A DNA stretch of 64,000 nt. It comes from Mobula hypostoma (lineage: Eukaryota). The stretch is from positions 64,606,001 to 64,670,000 of the forward strand of contig NC_086097.1 of NCBI RefSeq assembly GCF_963921235.1, read 5' to 3'. Made by a program: the position numbers and the translations under genes. Below, one piece after another: positions 13,733 through 27,121 of this stretch. How positions within the stretch are numbered: the first letter of the stretch is position 1; every line of letters starts with the position of its first letter. A model generated the notes under the pieces. That model saw nothing but the letters and a program-made list of their open reading frames with translations. It searched no databases and was not told the DNA's origin.

Positions 13733-14332
13733 CAGACATCCCACCTCTCCCGGAAGTTCCGGGAGTCTCCCGCACATGAATAGTGGGTCCCTGATGCCCG
13801 CAAATTATATACAATATCACGGAAATCAATTTTTTTGAGAGCGAGCAAGCGAGAGAAAGCAAGAGAGAGTGCGAGAGAGTGCGCGAGTGAGTGAGAGAGA
13901 AAGCAAGCGGGAGTGCGAGAGCAAGTGAGAGAGTGCGCGAGTGACCACGAGAGAGAGAGAGCATGAGCGAGAGCGCACCATGGCAGAGTGTTCCAAAAAA
14001 AGAAATTATAAAACGTACGTCACCCCAGACTACACTAAAGTGTACCCCTGCCTAATAGGGGTCAAAAATAATGACAGTGTTTCTCACTGCTCTGTTTGCA
14101 ACAGTGACTTTTCTATTGTCCATGGTGGGTTAAGACTGTAAAAGACATGTTGAGGTGAGTTTAACAGGTGTCATTCGTTCATTAGCACAGCTAACGTTAT
14201 TTAAACTAGCTGACTAGCTGCTAAGGAGCTACTCTGTTGCAGACATCCCACCTCTCCCGAAAGTTCTGGGAGTCTCCTGCAAATTGATGGTGCTACCTCC
14301 CTGAAATGAGTTGTTGCAGGGTGGGATGTCTG
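13733..14332 (+). mobile_element. Non-autonomous hAT-like DNA transposon with transposase first-exon remnant
   Basis: 13-bp TIR CAGACATCCCACC...GGTGGGATGTCTG and 6-bp TSD AAGTCA (13727-13732, 14333-14338). MAECSKKRNY..CSVCNSDFSIVHGG/DCKRH is BED-like, followed by a GTGAGT donor. There is an internal direct copy of the left end at ~14240 and a GA-rich repeat at 13837-13975. Confidence 0.8.
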
Positions 14333-15179
14333 AAGTCATCTGGATGGCACTGGAGGAAGACCCCCAGGAGATATTGTCAAGAGGCCTAGTTACTAGTCAT
14401 GCTCTGTTCTGTCAGGAGTACTGCACAGATTCAAAATCTTATGGTCACTGGTAACCCCATGATTGTGAAAGGTTAAAGCCGCCATGGGCAGATGTGGTTT
14501 GATAGGGTATAATCTCGCTGAACTATTTTCAACCAGATACAACAAACGGATCTACATCAGATAACTTCTCACTTACAAAGCAAGCATTTTGGATGTGTTC
14601 TAATTGCTGCTTAATATATCTATTTTGACCTCTTTGAAAGTAATTAATAATCTGGTGAGGATTGAAAGAAATTGGCACTGCTGTCCTCAATCTCTGATAA
14701 TCTTCTGTCTGCCTCTTTGAAAATCCCAGTTGCCTCCCTCTAACACAGCTCATCTCTGGTTTGCACACTCTCTGAAACACATCAGAAAACCAGTACTTGT
14801 GGTCTCTTTAAACTCACCTCTCTGTGTTTCCACCTCTCTCGAGCAGCATGCACAAAATTCTGGAGGAACTCAGCGTATCAAGCAGCATCTAAAGACAGGA
14901 AGGAAGAGTCAACATTTCATCCTGACCTGCTGAGCTCCTTTATCATTTTGTGTGTGTTGATCAATATTTCCAGCATCTGCAGAATCTCTTTTGTCATCTC
15001 CCTCTGGAAAGTCACCTGGCTCTTTTCCAGAGCTGTCCTGAAAATTAACAAGGCCATATTTTTCATGCTCCCTTTAAACCCGGGTTAATTAGAGCATTCA
15101 TTCCTCTACTGTACAACTTCAAAGTGAATTAACAGTGCTGGAGTATTTTAGGAATAATGTCTAATAGACATAATAGACC

Positions 15180-15480
15180 AGAAAATCTGCTGGTTTCGCA
15201 CTGCCCAAGTCTGGGGTGTTCTGGATTAACAGTCTTTCATATTGCAGCATCTGTACTGTGTGTCACGATGTTAAAGTTCACAGGATGGCATTAGAAGGTT
15301 AAGGAATGGTTTCTTTTGAGGGATGATTCCAGAAAAGTGCAAGAATGTGTGGGAGTGTCCAAAGACGACTAGGATAACCATATTAGATAGTTCCTTGTTG
15401 GAGGGTCAAGGGATGGTGTCTCAGCACAAGGGACATTGGGAGTCTGAGGGTCCTCCCAATATTTACTGACCAGAACACAA
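15180..15480 (-). pseudogene. Decayed FN3-like block
   Basis: VLVSKYWEDPQTPNV (WEDPQTPN at 15435-15458) resembles the FN3 W-x-x-P-x-x-P-N-G motif. Confidence 0.4.
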
Positions 15481-16399
15481 GCAAACCTTATGTTATTATT
15501 GATTCCTTTAAAAAAAAAACACAAAATTTTATCAACCTCTACAAACCCATATTAATCCATTATCCCCAGCATAACTGAAAACTATGTTGGTTATGGACCC
15601 TGCTGATTACCAGGCTGCTTCCAGTAAGATGGCAGTGTGCTCAAATGCAGCGGCCACACTAGGTCCAATTAAAGGAGTATTTGTTCATCCTTTACGCCTG
15701 TTTTTCTGATGGTAAATCATTGCTGGATACTAGGAGCATCAAGTACTGGAGGAATATCACATCAGTAGTTGCTCAATAGCAATGGAGCTTGATTTATTGC
15801 GCACCATTGTTGTGCTTTTGCCTGCACTTACTACATACCGTTGTTATGTCAAGATGGCGCATGGTGCGATTGAATGTCTTGGACAATTTTATTGTGATCC
15901 CAAGATGCTGCTGGACATTGGATATGTAGAATACTGTAAGTCCGGTTCACTAGTTCATTGATGAGACTGATGGTTGGGGAGCTTTGTCACCTTGGTTGTG
16001 CCGAGGACAGGGCCTTTGCTGAGGGGTTGCATGTTGCAATCACCCAGGGGAGGAGTTGCCAGAAGCGGTGTGGGAGGCCACTGCGGATGCAGTGGAATTT
16101 GTTTTGGGCTGAGGGCTGGTCCTTCACATCAGTGTGGCCCTATGCTCTTTGTTCAGTGCTGTGGTACCCTCCAGTGTTTGCTCCGTGGAAGAACGAGTTG
16201 GACCAGCACAACTTACCATCAATCTGCAGCCATGCCACACAGGGACTTGGGCTATGTTATTTTTGTTCTTTGTGACTGTGTGTTTTTCTTAATCGAAACT
16301 GTAATGTGTTGTAACTCCAAAACATAATAAAACTAATTGGAAGAAAAATAAGGGAGCTGGAATGTGAGTCCAACTTCGGTTTTACTTTAATCCATTACC

Positions 16400-17340
16400 T
16401 TTTGTCGGATTTTCTGCTCAAAGGCATTGGAGTTTCCTACCAGGCCGTGATGCTGCCAGCACCATTTCCACCACTCATCATAGAAGTCTGACAAAGTTTT
16501 TGATGACATGCCAAATCTCTACAGGCTTCTGAGGTGCTGATTTGCTTTCTTCACAATTACATTTATATGCTGGATTCAGGACAGGTCCTCTGTAATAGTA
16601 GTACCCAGGAATTTAAAGTTGCTAACCCTCTCTACCTCTGATCTTCTGATGAGGACTGGCTCATGAACCTCTGTTTCCCTCTCCTGAGTCTACAACCAGG
16701 ACCTTGGTCTTGCTGACATTGAGTGAGAAGTAACACACACAAAATTCTGGATGAGCTCAGCAGGCCAGTCAGCATCTATGAAAAAGAGTGAAACAGTCAA
16801 CATTTTGGTCTGAGATCCTTCATTAGTCTTGATGATGGACCTCGGCCTGAAATATCGATGACTCACTCTTCTCCATAGATGCCGCCTAGCTTGCTGAGCT
16901 CTTCAGCATTTTGTTTGTGTTTGGATTTCCAGCATCTGCAGATTTGCTCGTGTTTGTTGAGTGAGAAATTGTTGTTAGAAGTTGAGTGAGAAGAATACCA
17001 CTCAGCCAAATTTTCAATCTCCCTCCTGTATGCTGATTCATCACCACCTTTTATATGTCTCACAACAGTGGTGTCATCAGCAAACTTGGAACTGTACTTA
17101 GCCGCACAGTCATAAGTGTAAAGGGAGTAGAGCAGGACGCTAAGTACATATGCCTGCGATGCTCCTGTGCTGATGGAGATCATGGAAATCCTTTGGTAGT
17201 CTGAACTGACTGGGGTCTGCAAGTAAGAAAATCCAGAAACCAATTGCAAAAGGAAGTACTGAGGCCATAGTTTTGGATTGTATTGATAACTTTGAGGGGG
17301 TGATGGTATTAAATGCTGAGCTGTAATCTATAAAGAGCAT
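16400..17340 (-). mobile_element. Rex-Babar LINE RT fragment
   Basis: MLFIDYSSAFNTITPSKL and KFADDTTVV..ESAYRREIENLAEW. Interrupted by the insert at 16730-16956. Confidence 0.85.
16730..16956. mobile_element. Inverted-dimer Penelope-end element with two degenerate hammerhead motifs
   Basis: 11-bp TSD TTGAGTGAGAA (16719-16729, 16957-16967). The arms are inverted about ~16825. Confidence 0.7.
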
Positions 17341-17347
17341 GGAGGAA

Positions 17348-19120
17348 TGTTGTGTATTTAATATTTCAGTAATAGTTGAGTAATAATGTAAATATATTGT
17401 TTGAGTACACATTCTTCATTTGCTTAAATAATTTATGACAGGTTATATGTAAAAAATATATGAATTGCATGTATCATGATGCTACCATGTCATACATACA
17501 TGCCTCACTTAAAATAAAAACAAAGTTAGACTTGCATTCCCGGCTCCCTTGATCTTCTCCCAATTATTTTTAATGCTTCGGAGTTCCAAAACATAATAGT
17601 GGTGACAAGGATGGGATTTCCAATCAACGTGTATTTGTCTCAAACACTCACGACCCCTCAGTGCGGGCCCTCTGGTTTTTACCACATACAAGCCTAATGT
17701 GGCTTGTTGATTATTGTATTTCACTGTTATGAATGACATTGCCACAGGAGCCATCTTTTCTCCAGTGTAAGTTCTTCACTTCGGTATCTTTGAAATGCTG
17801 TTCAAACTCATTTTGTGGAATGACTGAAACAGCTGAGCCAGTGTCCAATTCCATTTTATTTAACTTGTAAATCATTTTACTTGTCTCTTGTTAGTTTTCA
17901 TGTTGTAAATCTCAAGGCTATCAGTTCTGTGTCACTAACGTTATGATCAGATTTTCAATCAACAACATGCAGATTAGTGCTCTTTTTAAAACGGCAACTC
18001 GACATTTTATCTGTATCTCTTGCCTTTGCAGTCCATATATATTTGTCTGCCCAGTATGCTCTTTGTACGTCTCCTACTTTGTTGCATTTTCTGCAAGTTC
18101 CACCTTTAAGCCTGCATTGGTCTGGCATTAGTAAGCCCGACCACAATGGTAACAGAATTTGTTTGGCCAGACCAGTTTCTGTTTGGATGCTGCAATTTGG
18201 TTCATGCTCACTTTCGTTCCTGGCTGCAATTCAATTGCACCTCTGTCTGCTGTTTCCATTGAGACAGCAATTTCAACTGCTTGTTTAAATGTAAGTTGTG
18301 CTTCAGTTAGGAACCATTCTTGAATACCTCCTTGTATTCCATAAACTAAATAATCTTTCAGTGCATCATTAAGCCTTTTACTGAACTGACAATGTTCAGA
18401 CAATCTCTTCAATTCAGCCATGTACATTGAAATAGAATTCCTTCCTTTTGATTCCGCTTATGAAACCTGAAGCATTCTGCAAACAAATGTTCTAAATGTT
18501 TTTGCATTACTTACACAATATCAGCAAAATTCATTTTGGCTGTTTTGGTTGGAGCAGCCAAACTTCTAAGCAAACAGGATGCTTTTCAACCCAATGTACT
18601 CAGCAAAACTGGTATTTGTTTCTCATTGGCTATTTCATTTACTTTAAAAATACTGTTCAATTCACTCAGATACATATTCCAGTTATCCCTTGTGCAATTG
18701 AACACATCTATCAGTTCAGTGTAACCAACTATTTCTGTCTATTTTTAACTCGACATCTCTGTCCCCTTGTGAAGAAGCAAGTGCTGTGCTGCTGTTTTTT
18801 TTTAACTTGACCACCTCGTTGTGTTTTTTTTAAACTTAAACATCTCGTTGTGCTTCAACAGTAGGTAGTCATTTCGGGTTCATTTAAGACTTCCTTATCA
18901 CCACTGCAATATTTTGTAATTCCAAAACATAAAAACTAATTGGAAGGAATGCAAGGGAGCTGAGAATGCAAGTCTAACTTCATTTTTACTTTAAGCAAGG
19001 CATGCTTGTATGATGTGATAGCGTCATGACATATGTAATTCACATACTTTTTACATACAACCTGTATTGAATTATATAAACAAATAAGGAATGTTTACTC
19101 AAACAATGTATTTGCAATAT
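17348..19120 (-). mobile_element. Old Ty3/Gypsy element (gag-PR on minus) flanked by inverted LTRs
   Basis: Gag-like YMAELKRLSEHCQF..LNDALKD, knuckles CYHCG and CRKCNKVG, protease MELDTGSAVS. LTR(-) at 18905-19120 with PBS 18892-18903; LTR(+) at 17348-17598. A partial LTR also lies at ~16300-16390. Confidence 0.8.
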
Positions 19121-20450
19121 TGGTTGTGGTTGGCATCCATCTGTCTCGAAGGACATTGGATGATGATGATCATCATCACAAGCCTGGGTGGAAGGTATGG
19201 AGACTGTGAGATGTCCAGTCATCAAGATCCTCCTCTTGGCCTCAGCCCTGTAGTCCGAAGGAAAGCTTATGAACCACTAAATTTGGCAGCAGCTTGGCTG
19301 CAGGAGCTGCCGGAAGGCGGTTCAATGACATCCAGACACCTCAGGAGCTCCACTTTGGATATGCTGGCTGGGTTTAATCCCATGGCCTTTGTCTCACCCG
19401 AAGCTGCCCTCAAGGCAGTGGGGCTATTTACCCATAGCCGGGGATCTGGTTCGTGAGCTCCAGGACATGGAGATCATGAACCACAAATTTGCTGATGATA
19501 CAACCATTGTTGGTAGAATCTCAGATGGTGACGAGAGGGCGTACAGGAGTGAGATATGCCAACTAGTAGAATGGTGTCACAGCAACAACCTGGCACTCAA
19601 CGCCAGTAAGACAAAAGACCTGATTGTGGACTTCAGGAAGGGTAAGACGAAGGAACACATACTAATCCTCATAGAGGGATCAGAAGTGGAAAGAGTGAAC
19701 AGCTTCAAGTTCCTGGGTGTCCAGATCTCTGAGGATCTAACCTGGTCCCAACGTATCAATGGAGCTATAAAGAGGACAAGATGTCAGCTATACTTTATTA
19801 GGAGTTTGAAGAGATTTGGCATGTCAACAAATACACTCAAAAACTTCTGTAGTTGTACTATGAAGAGCATTCTGACAGGCTGCATCACTGTCTGGTATGG
19901 AGGGGCACAGGACTGAAAGAAGCTGCAGAAGGTTGTAAATCTAGTCAGCTCCATCTTGGGTACAAGCCCACAACGTACCCAGGACATCTTTAGGGAGCAG
20001 TGTCTGAGAAAGGCAGCATCCATTATTAAGGACCTCCAGCACCCAGGGCATGCCCTTTTCTGACTGTTACTATCAGGTAGGAGGTACAGAAGCCTGAAGG
20101 CACATGATCAGTGATTCAGGAACAGCTTCTTCCCCTCTGCCATCCAATTCCTAAATGGACATTGAACCCATGAACACTACCTCACTTTCTTTTTATTATA
20201 CAGTATTTCTGTTCTTGCATGTTTTTTAAAATCTATTCAATTTATGTAATTGATTTACTATCTGTATTTTATTTATTATTCTTTTTCTCTGGTAGATTAT
20301 GTATTGCATTGAACTGTTGCTGCTAAGTTGACAAATTTCACGTCACATGCTGGTGATAATAAAGCTGATTCTGATTGTGATGCCCACACACTGGTGGACC
20401 TGCATGCTACATGTGCAGGGGCCAGACCTCCTCCCTGTCCTCTGTAGTTC
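19121..20450 (-). mobile_element. Short non-autonomous RTE-like element split by a Rex-Babar insertion
   Basis: GC-rich segments 19121-19467 and 20380-20450 flank the Rex-Babar copy. Family assignment is from recall. Confidence 0.4.
19468..20378 (+). mobile_element. Rex-Babar LINE, 5'-truncated
   Basis: KFADDTTIVGRISDGDERAYRSEI..FKFLGVQISEDLTW..SILTGCITVWYG; (CTGATT)n tail at ~20365. Confidence 0.9.
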
Positions 20451-20454
20451 AGAG

Positions 20455-20740
20455 AAGGTTATACAAGTTGCCTTTTGGGAATTTCAAACTGTCTTCTGAT
20501 TTCCATCCTTTCTCAGGGAATCCTTCATTTTGGTCATTTATTGGATTCTCACGAGATGATTAGGCTGTGACCACATTGCTGTTCCACAGTGCACAAGTAA
20601 GCGGGCAAGCTTGCATTTGTAGAACAGTAACAACAGTTCAATACTGTGGGAGTGACTACCCTTTGCACCTAAGCAACACCTGACTGATTTTGGTATCAAA
20701 GCCCCCTCATAAATCAATGAGCATCAAGAAACAATGGTTG
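20455..20740 (-). pseudogene. Possible decayed FN3-like block
   Basis: LIYEG (20704-20718) and WSQP (20562-20573) lie in one frame. Confidence 0.3.
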
Positions 20741-22235
20741 GGGCAGGCACATCTGCAATATTTAAAAGCCATTTAGATAGGGGTTTAGAGGGCTATTAGC
20801 CAAACATGGGCAGATCGGACTAGCTCAATGGGCAACACAGTTGGCATCCATGAATTGTACTGAAAGTCCTGTTTTTATGCTGTATGACTGTATGACTCTA
20901 AGGGCACTGTGTGGTGGTGGGCATGGGAATGTGAATCAGAGCATTGTAGAGGGTGGGGTCACTATGTTGCTGACAGGGGAGGGCAGGTGAAAATATGACT
21001 GATCGTGGCATCATGATGAAGGAAGCTGAAATTATGGAGGATGATACATCAAAAATAGAAATTGGTGAGATGGAAGGTGAAGAGGAAGGAGACCTATCCT
21101 TGTCCTCCATAGGAGAAAAGGACATGAGAGCAGATGTTGCAGCCTGTGTTAAACTTGTAACCAGAGATCAAAATGTATAGGATCCCTGTATCTTTTAAAG
21201 AAAACTTAGGTGTCAACAGATCAGTCTAACTTTATATCTCCCCATTGTTTCTAAGTTTAGCTAGAGAAATGCATCTCAGGGAACATGCCGTAAGTTAGAT
21301 ATTTTCCTGCACACCAGGTCAGTTTATTTGATCTAAAAGTTGCTGGAGGCAAGGGTCACTATCAGCACTGGTAAGGTTATAAGATTTTTGGGACTTAGGA
21401 GAATGAGAAGGCCAATGGTATATCTTCCGTACTCTGGATATTTAAGGATTGGGAAAGAAATGGATGAACAATAGAGAACAAAGGTGAATAGTCAAATAAC
21501 AAGCAGCCTGTCAACTAAAGGAGAGAGAACATCAGACTAATCTAGAGTTTTGAAAGTATAAAAAAGGGGAAGTATTTCTCAAGTAATTTTTAAAAATTGG
21601 AAAATTGCTGAAGAGAATATACTACATGCAGGAGAGAAACCCTTTTTCTGGGTAGCAGAGTTAGATCAATGCTGCGTTAACAATTATTCCTTTATTGAAA
21701 GAGTACTTATATTATTCAGTAGCAGCTCTTTCATTCTGCAGTGAGTTAAACATCATCGAAGTAACCGTGTGGTTGAGATCAAGGGGCAAATGGCAGGGTA
21801 TTGTTAATTGACATACCAGTTGCAGCAATTCATAATTCATACCACATCTCTTACTATCTGAGCTTGCTGGTCATTTTACACTTTAGTAATGCTGACACTG
21901 TGATATATATTATACGTAAGCAAGGATTGAACAGTTGTATCCATAAAAATATTCCTTTGAGATCAAATTATTGACTAGGGACTTCATTCACAGAGTTCTT
22001 TAATTCAATGCCACAGTTAATAAAACTCAGATAATTGCAGATGTTGGAGACCTGAAATGAAGCCAGAAAATGCAAGAATAACTCGGCAGATCAGCAGCTT
22101 CAGTGGAAAAAGAACAAACTTAGCATTTTAGTTCATTAATTCTATTTTTCAAAATTTCCATAGATACCGGCTGACCTACTGAGTATTTCCATCATTTTCT
22201 GATTTAGTTAAAATATAGAGATTTGATGATGGTTG

Positions 22236-24655
22236 TGTCGTAATGTGAACAAAGTCACCGGACAGATACTGAGGTTAGTGGATGTATAAGTGTTTTAGTC
22301 AACAAAAGCTAGCAGCAGAAGATATCAAGGGAATTACTATTAAAGGGACAGAGCTTAAATTGGCCTGTTACGCAGATGACATTTTGATCTATCTAGGGCA
22401 ACCAGCATACTCTTTACCTAAATTGATGCAATCCTTTGAACAATATGGCCAATTATCAGGATGCAAGATCAACATAGATAAAACCCAGCTACTTTCATAT
22501 AACTACAGCCTACGAAAATAAATTGAAAGTAGATATCCCTGGGCATGGCAAACAGAGTCTTTCAAATATTTGGGCATCATTATGCCAAAAGATTTGTCAA
22601 AATTATCAGAATGCAATTATCAGCCTATATAAAAAAATTAAGGAAGATATAACAAGATGGAACCTAATGCCTTTTTTAGTCTCAGTTCAAGGATTGAATC
22701 TATTAAAATGAATATATTGCCCAGACTATTACATCTCTTTCAGACCCTACCAATAGAGATTAATCAGAATCAATTCAATGAATGGAACAAAATGTTATCA
22801 AGATATATATGGCAAAGTAAAAGGCCTAGGGTTCATCTCAAAACTTTGCAAATAACCAAGGAAAAGGGGGGATGGGGTCCACCTTCTCTTAGAGATTACT
22901 ATTTTGCAGCACAGTTGAGAGCTGTGATATGTTGGTGCAATCCATCATATGACACTCAATGGAAAAACATTGAGGTTGAGGAGGGGATACTTCCCATCCT
23001 CATACAGGCAATTATGGCTGATAACAACCTACAAAGATACATAAATACTATTGATAATCCATGGGGGAAATAGACTCTTAAAATATGGAAAACTATTATA
23101 AAGAATATAAACTAGAGGGAGATATTGCAATTCTTAAATGGTGTGCATATGACTCGGATTTTACGCCGAATAAACTGGATGCTAGATTTAAGGACTGGAC
23201 AGCTAAGGAATAACAGTTCTTTGCAATATAATGAAAGAAGGAACACTGTTCAGTTTTGAAATGCTTAAAGAGAAACACTCATTAGAAAAACAAGACTTTT
23301 ATCGTTATCTACAGATGCAACAGTATGTTAATAGGAGGGTTAAAAATGTAACCAAGGCAAGTACATGTTTGATAGAGCTATTTAGAAAAACAGAATTCAG
23401 ATAACGGTAGTAGAATCATTTCAAGTGTGTATAAGGGTTTGTCAAATCTTAAAACACATTCAACTTCATACATTAAAACAAAATGGGAGAAGGAAGGAGG
23501 GATAATTATATCTGAGGAAGAATGGACAATAATATGGAGGTATCAATGGAAGTGTACCAGTTCACAGAAATGGAGGGAGTTTGGATGGAAAAACTTGATA
23601 AGATATTTTATTACACCCTCTCAGAAATCCCATTATGATAGTAACCCCCCTGTTTGCTGGAGAAATTGTGGAAATCAAAATGCAAACTATTATCATATTT
23701 TCTGGGATTGCCCAGTTATTAAGGACTATTGGAGTGGGATACACAATGCCTTACAAGACATTTTTAATTGTGAAATACCCTTAGAAAGTAAAGCCATATA
23801 TTTTGGGTATGTACCTCAAGAATGGTTGAAAAGAGATAAATATTTAATGAATATACTACTGGTGGCTGGTAAAAAGACCCTTACCAGGAAGTGGCTATCT
23901 CAGGACAGCCCAACTCTAAATGTATGGATGGAAATTACAATGGACATTTACAAAATGGAGAAGATAACAGCATCTGTTAATCATAAGTTGGAACAATTTG
24001 ATTCATACTGGGAAAAATGGTTCAACTATATAACACCTCATAGGCCTGATTTTATTCTCACAAATCAATGAATATGTTATTTTAAAAAATGATCACTCCC
24101 TACTTGTACATAGTTTTCTCCTTTTGCTTGTTCTTTCTTTCCTTTTTTCTATAGGTGTATACCGCAGATAAATATTATGTGGAGATTTGTGGCAAATATG
24201 ATTATATGATATATGTATAATATCTGAAATACATCTTATGGAAATGTTTGTTTGATGATGAACTTCAATAAAAAATAAAATACAAAAAAAAAACGAGCAG
24301 CAGGCATCATATTGAGACTCTTTTAGAATAAGAGGCCTGCTTGACCCAATATTACATGGTATTTTATATGCTAAAGGTCAAAGGACAATTCTATAATTAC
24401 AGTATATCTACAATGCTTCCTTTGAATTACATATAATTTTCACACCTTCTTCTTCACACCAGCACTCCAGACACCCAAAATGAATGTTAATCAGCATTAT
24501 CTGGTTTTCAGTTAACTTATGTCCACAGCTCCAGGAAACTATTGTCTAGGGTATTGTCATACCCAAATTTAATCTGCAGTCCACATTCAGGTCTAAAGAT
24601 TCATTGCGGAAGTTAATATTTACTATATACCCTAATTCCAGAATATACCCTAACA
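22236..24655 (-). repeat. Solo ERV LTR (same family as 5183-5634) split by an L1
   Basis: 22236-22318 and 24296-24655 align collinearly to 5183-5634 (TGAACAAAGTCACC, CTGCTTGACCCA, TACAATGCTTCCTTTGAA, CTAACA). Confidence 0.8.
22319..24295 (+). mobile_element. L1-clade LINE, 5'-truncated ORF2 with frameshifts
   Basis: RT motif LACYADDILIYL, IKMNILPRLL, C-terminal CWRNCG..HIFWDCP, AATAAA plus poly(A), TSD AGCAGCAG (22311-22318, 24296-24303). Confidence 0.9.
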
Positions 24656-24929
24656 GTCTGTGTAGTAAAACAATTTGTAAATATATTTTTTAAAGTTTCA
24701 TGATTAGTTAATGAAATAGCTGTGAAAATTAGAATAGCGTATTATAATATTTGTAAATACTGTATTTAAAGGTCATATTTGAATTGTGTAAATTGAACAA
24801 GATAAAAACAAAAGCGTAATCACACAGAACTTAAATCACGATGCACTCTTGTTTTCAAGTAATAAAAAGCAGTAATTTGCAATGTTCATTCAGAAAAACC
24901 TTCTGTGTAGTCTTCACATTACTTTTCAC

Positions 24930-25200
24930 ATAATGTGTGTGATGCAATACTCTGCTGTGGACTCAAGCTGTCAAGCTTGTGACTGAGGTTACCAGAGCTA
25001 AAGAGTTCTTCACTGGTGCCACTGTGATGTTATCAGGGCCTCAAGCTCTGGGCTTGCACTAACACAAGTTGGACCGTGACCTTGTTGTTTTTGCACTCCA
25101 CATTTCACTGCTCTGCTGCAATGATACCATTAGATCCACAATTCTATATGAAATTCTGCCTTAATACAGTTTCTGAAATACCAAGTGTACATTCTTCTGG
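24930..25200 (-). pseudogene. Decayed FN3-like block
   Basis: GSNGIIAA (25120-25134) upstream of EELFSSGNLSHKLDSLSP/AEYCI (24958-25008), in FN3 order. Confidence 0.45.
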
Positions 25201-25679
25201 AAGTCTTTAATCAAAACAAAATCAAATCCAGAAAATCTAATCAAGTTTAGTTATCATTCAACCATACATGGATATAGCCAAACAAAACAGTGTTCTTTTA
25301 AAACTATGACTTAAGATGTCAGTTGGGCATAAAATATATTTTCAGATCCATTGTTGTACAAATATTGTATTGGAGTGAAGAAATGTGCAGAAGGACTTTG
25401 TGGCAAGCTAGAATGAATTTAAATGTTCCGTAAGTATACAGCTGTGGGAGAAATAATTATCTGGGAAATGAATGGAGAGGTGTTCTGAATGCAGAAAAAA
25501 AGAGAGTATTTCCCATATGGAGAAAGAAAACACAAAGAAAATTCCCCAAACCTGCATTCAGTGATTAACGAAGACTTCCACAAGTTGATTGTTTTCAATT
25601 GTCTCTTGCGATCTATCAATGGTCTTTTGGAAATGCAATGACAAATTTTAAAAAGAAGGGAGAGAGAAATCAATTTTGC

Positions 25680-26760
25680 TGATCAGTTAGTCAAACATTA
25701 GTAATTGTGAAAGTGCTAGAGTTTATAAATATAGGTCTAGTAACAGCACATTTAGTCATTGTAAATGGGATTAGACAAAGTTAACATGTATTACTGGGCT
25801 GGAAATCCTGTCTCATAAGCCTATTGGAGTTTTAACGGATGTAGCTGGCAGAATAGATGAGAGGGTGCCAGTAAATATGGTATATTTATATTCTCAGAAG
25901 GCCTTTGATAATGTTCAACAAAAAGTTGAGCATGGATAACTAAAATAAGATTACTTTGCTGATGGCATGGTTGAGAGTAGAAATAAACATGTCTTTCTCA
26001 GTGTCATAGGCAGTGTCACGTGGGGGTCTAGCAGGAATCTGTACATGGTGTAAGTCAATGTAATGAACAGGGAACCCAAACATATTATTTCTACGTCAAC
26101 AACATAAAGTTGGATGGACTATAACTTGTGAGGATTACTTGTATGACTTGAAGAAAGGGTTCAAGATAATTGAACAAGGCAAATGCTTGTCAGATGCAGT
26201 ATATGTGGATAAATATGAAGTTATCTACCTTGACAGAACATGGTGAGGAATAGAGAAAAGGAATTGGTGTGTCCTTGTATACAGCTCACTGAAAGAAAAC
26301 ATGAAGGTGCAGCAAGCCATTATGAAAATTGGTTTATGTATGCAGCTTGATCTCTTTATATGAAAAGAAAGGCTTGACAATGCAACAAAGGTTCGGCAGA
26401 ACGGCTCCCTAGATTGGTGGGACTTACATAAGAGAAAGGATTGGGGTGAGTAGGCCTGATGTCATTTAAACATACAAACTTATGTTGCTTGAAACAACAG
26501 AAGCAGGAAGGATATTGTCCCTGGCTGAAATGCTGGGAGGATAGAACTGGGTGGAATCAATCTTAGTGTACAGGGTTAGGCAATTAGGACCCCGATGGAG
26601 AGAAATTTCTTTATTCAATGGCATTGAGCCTATGGAAGTGTGTAGGGGCCAAGTCACTAAATATATTTAAGAAAGGGACACATTTCTGAGAAAGAGGATG
26701 AGTCACAGTTGAACAGGATTGAAGGGCTGACTGAATAGACAACTCCTGCACCTTTCCTAG
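25680..26760 (+). mobile_element. CR1 LINE, heavily decayed RT and 3' end
   Basis: VYLYSQKAFDNV motif at ~25880; CR1 3' end (AGAAATTTCTTTATTCA..GAAGGGCTGA). Confidence 0.65.
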
Positions 26761-27121
26761 GCATTTCAAATAGACCCCAGCCTTAATGACACAAATACAC
26801 CTACCTGTACATGTGTAACCTCTTCATATTTAATCTACTATTAGTGCCCTCCAATGTTAAAAACACTGAGCTTCAGAATGGGCTGTATAGTAGGTTGAAA
26901 GGTATCTCTTATAACTGACTATAATAGGTTTTCCCATGTGGGCATCACACTTCCAAAGAAAAAACATTCCTCATATAAGTGCATATGCTTCACCAAAAAG
27001 AGCTGAACAGGAGACAACACGAGACTGAGAACAAATTTTGAGTTTAGCAAACAAATTCGAACTTCAAGATATTTCATTTATTGCTAAGTTTTCAGGAAAC
27101 AATGCTGGAGGCCTTAATTAT

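Noticed and set aside
17618..17636. Apparent extension of tRNA-Ser complementarity beyond 18 nt
   Set aside because: These bases are the antisense of the Gypsy protease end (IHVDWKS), so they are not tRNA-derived.
20995..21180. Acidic 61-aa ORF
   Set aside because: Purine-rich low-complexity sequence, probably repeat-derived, with no splice or homology support.
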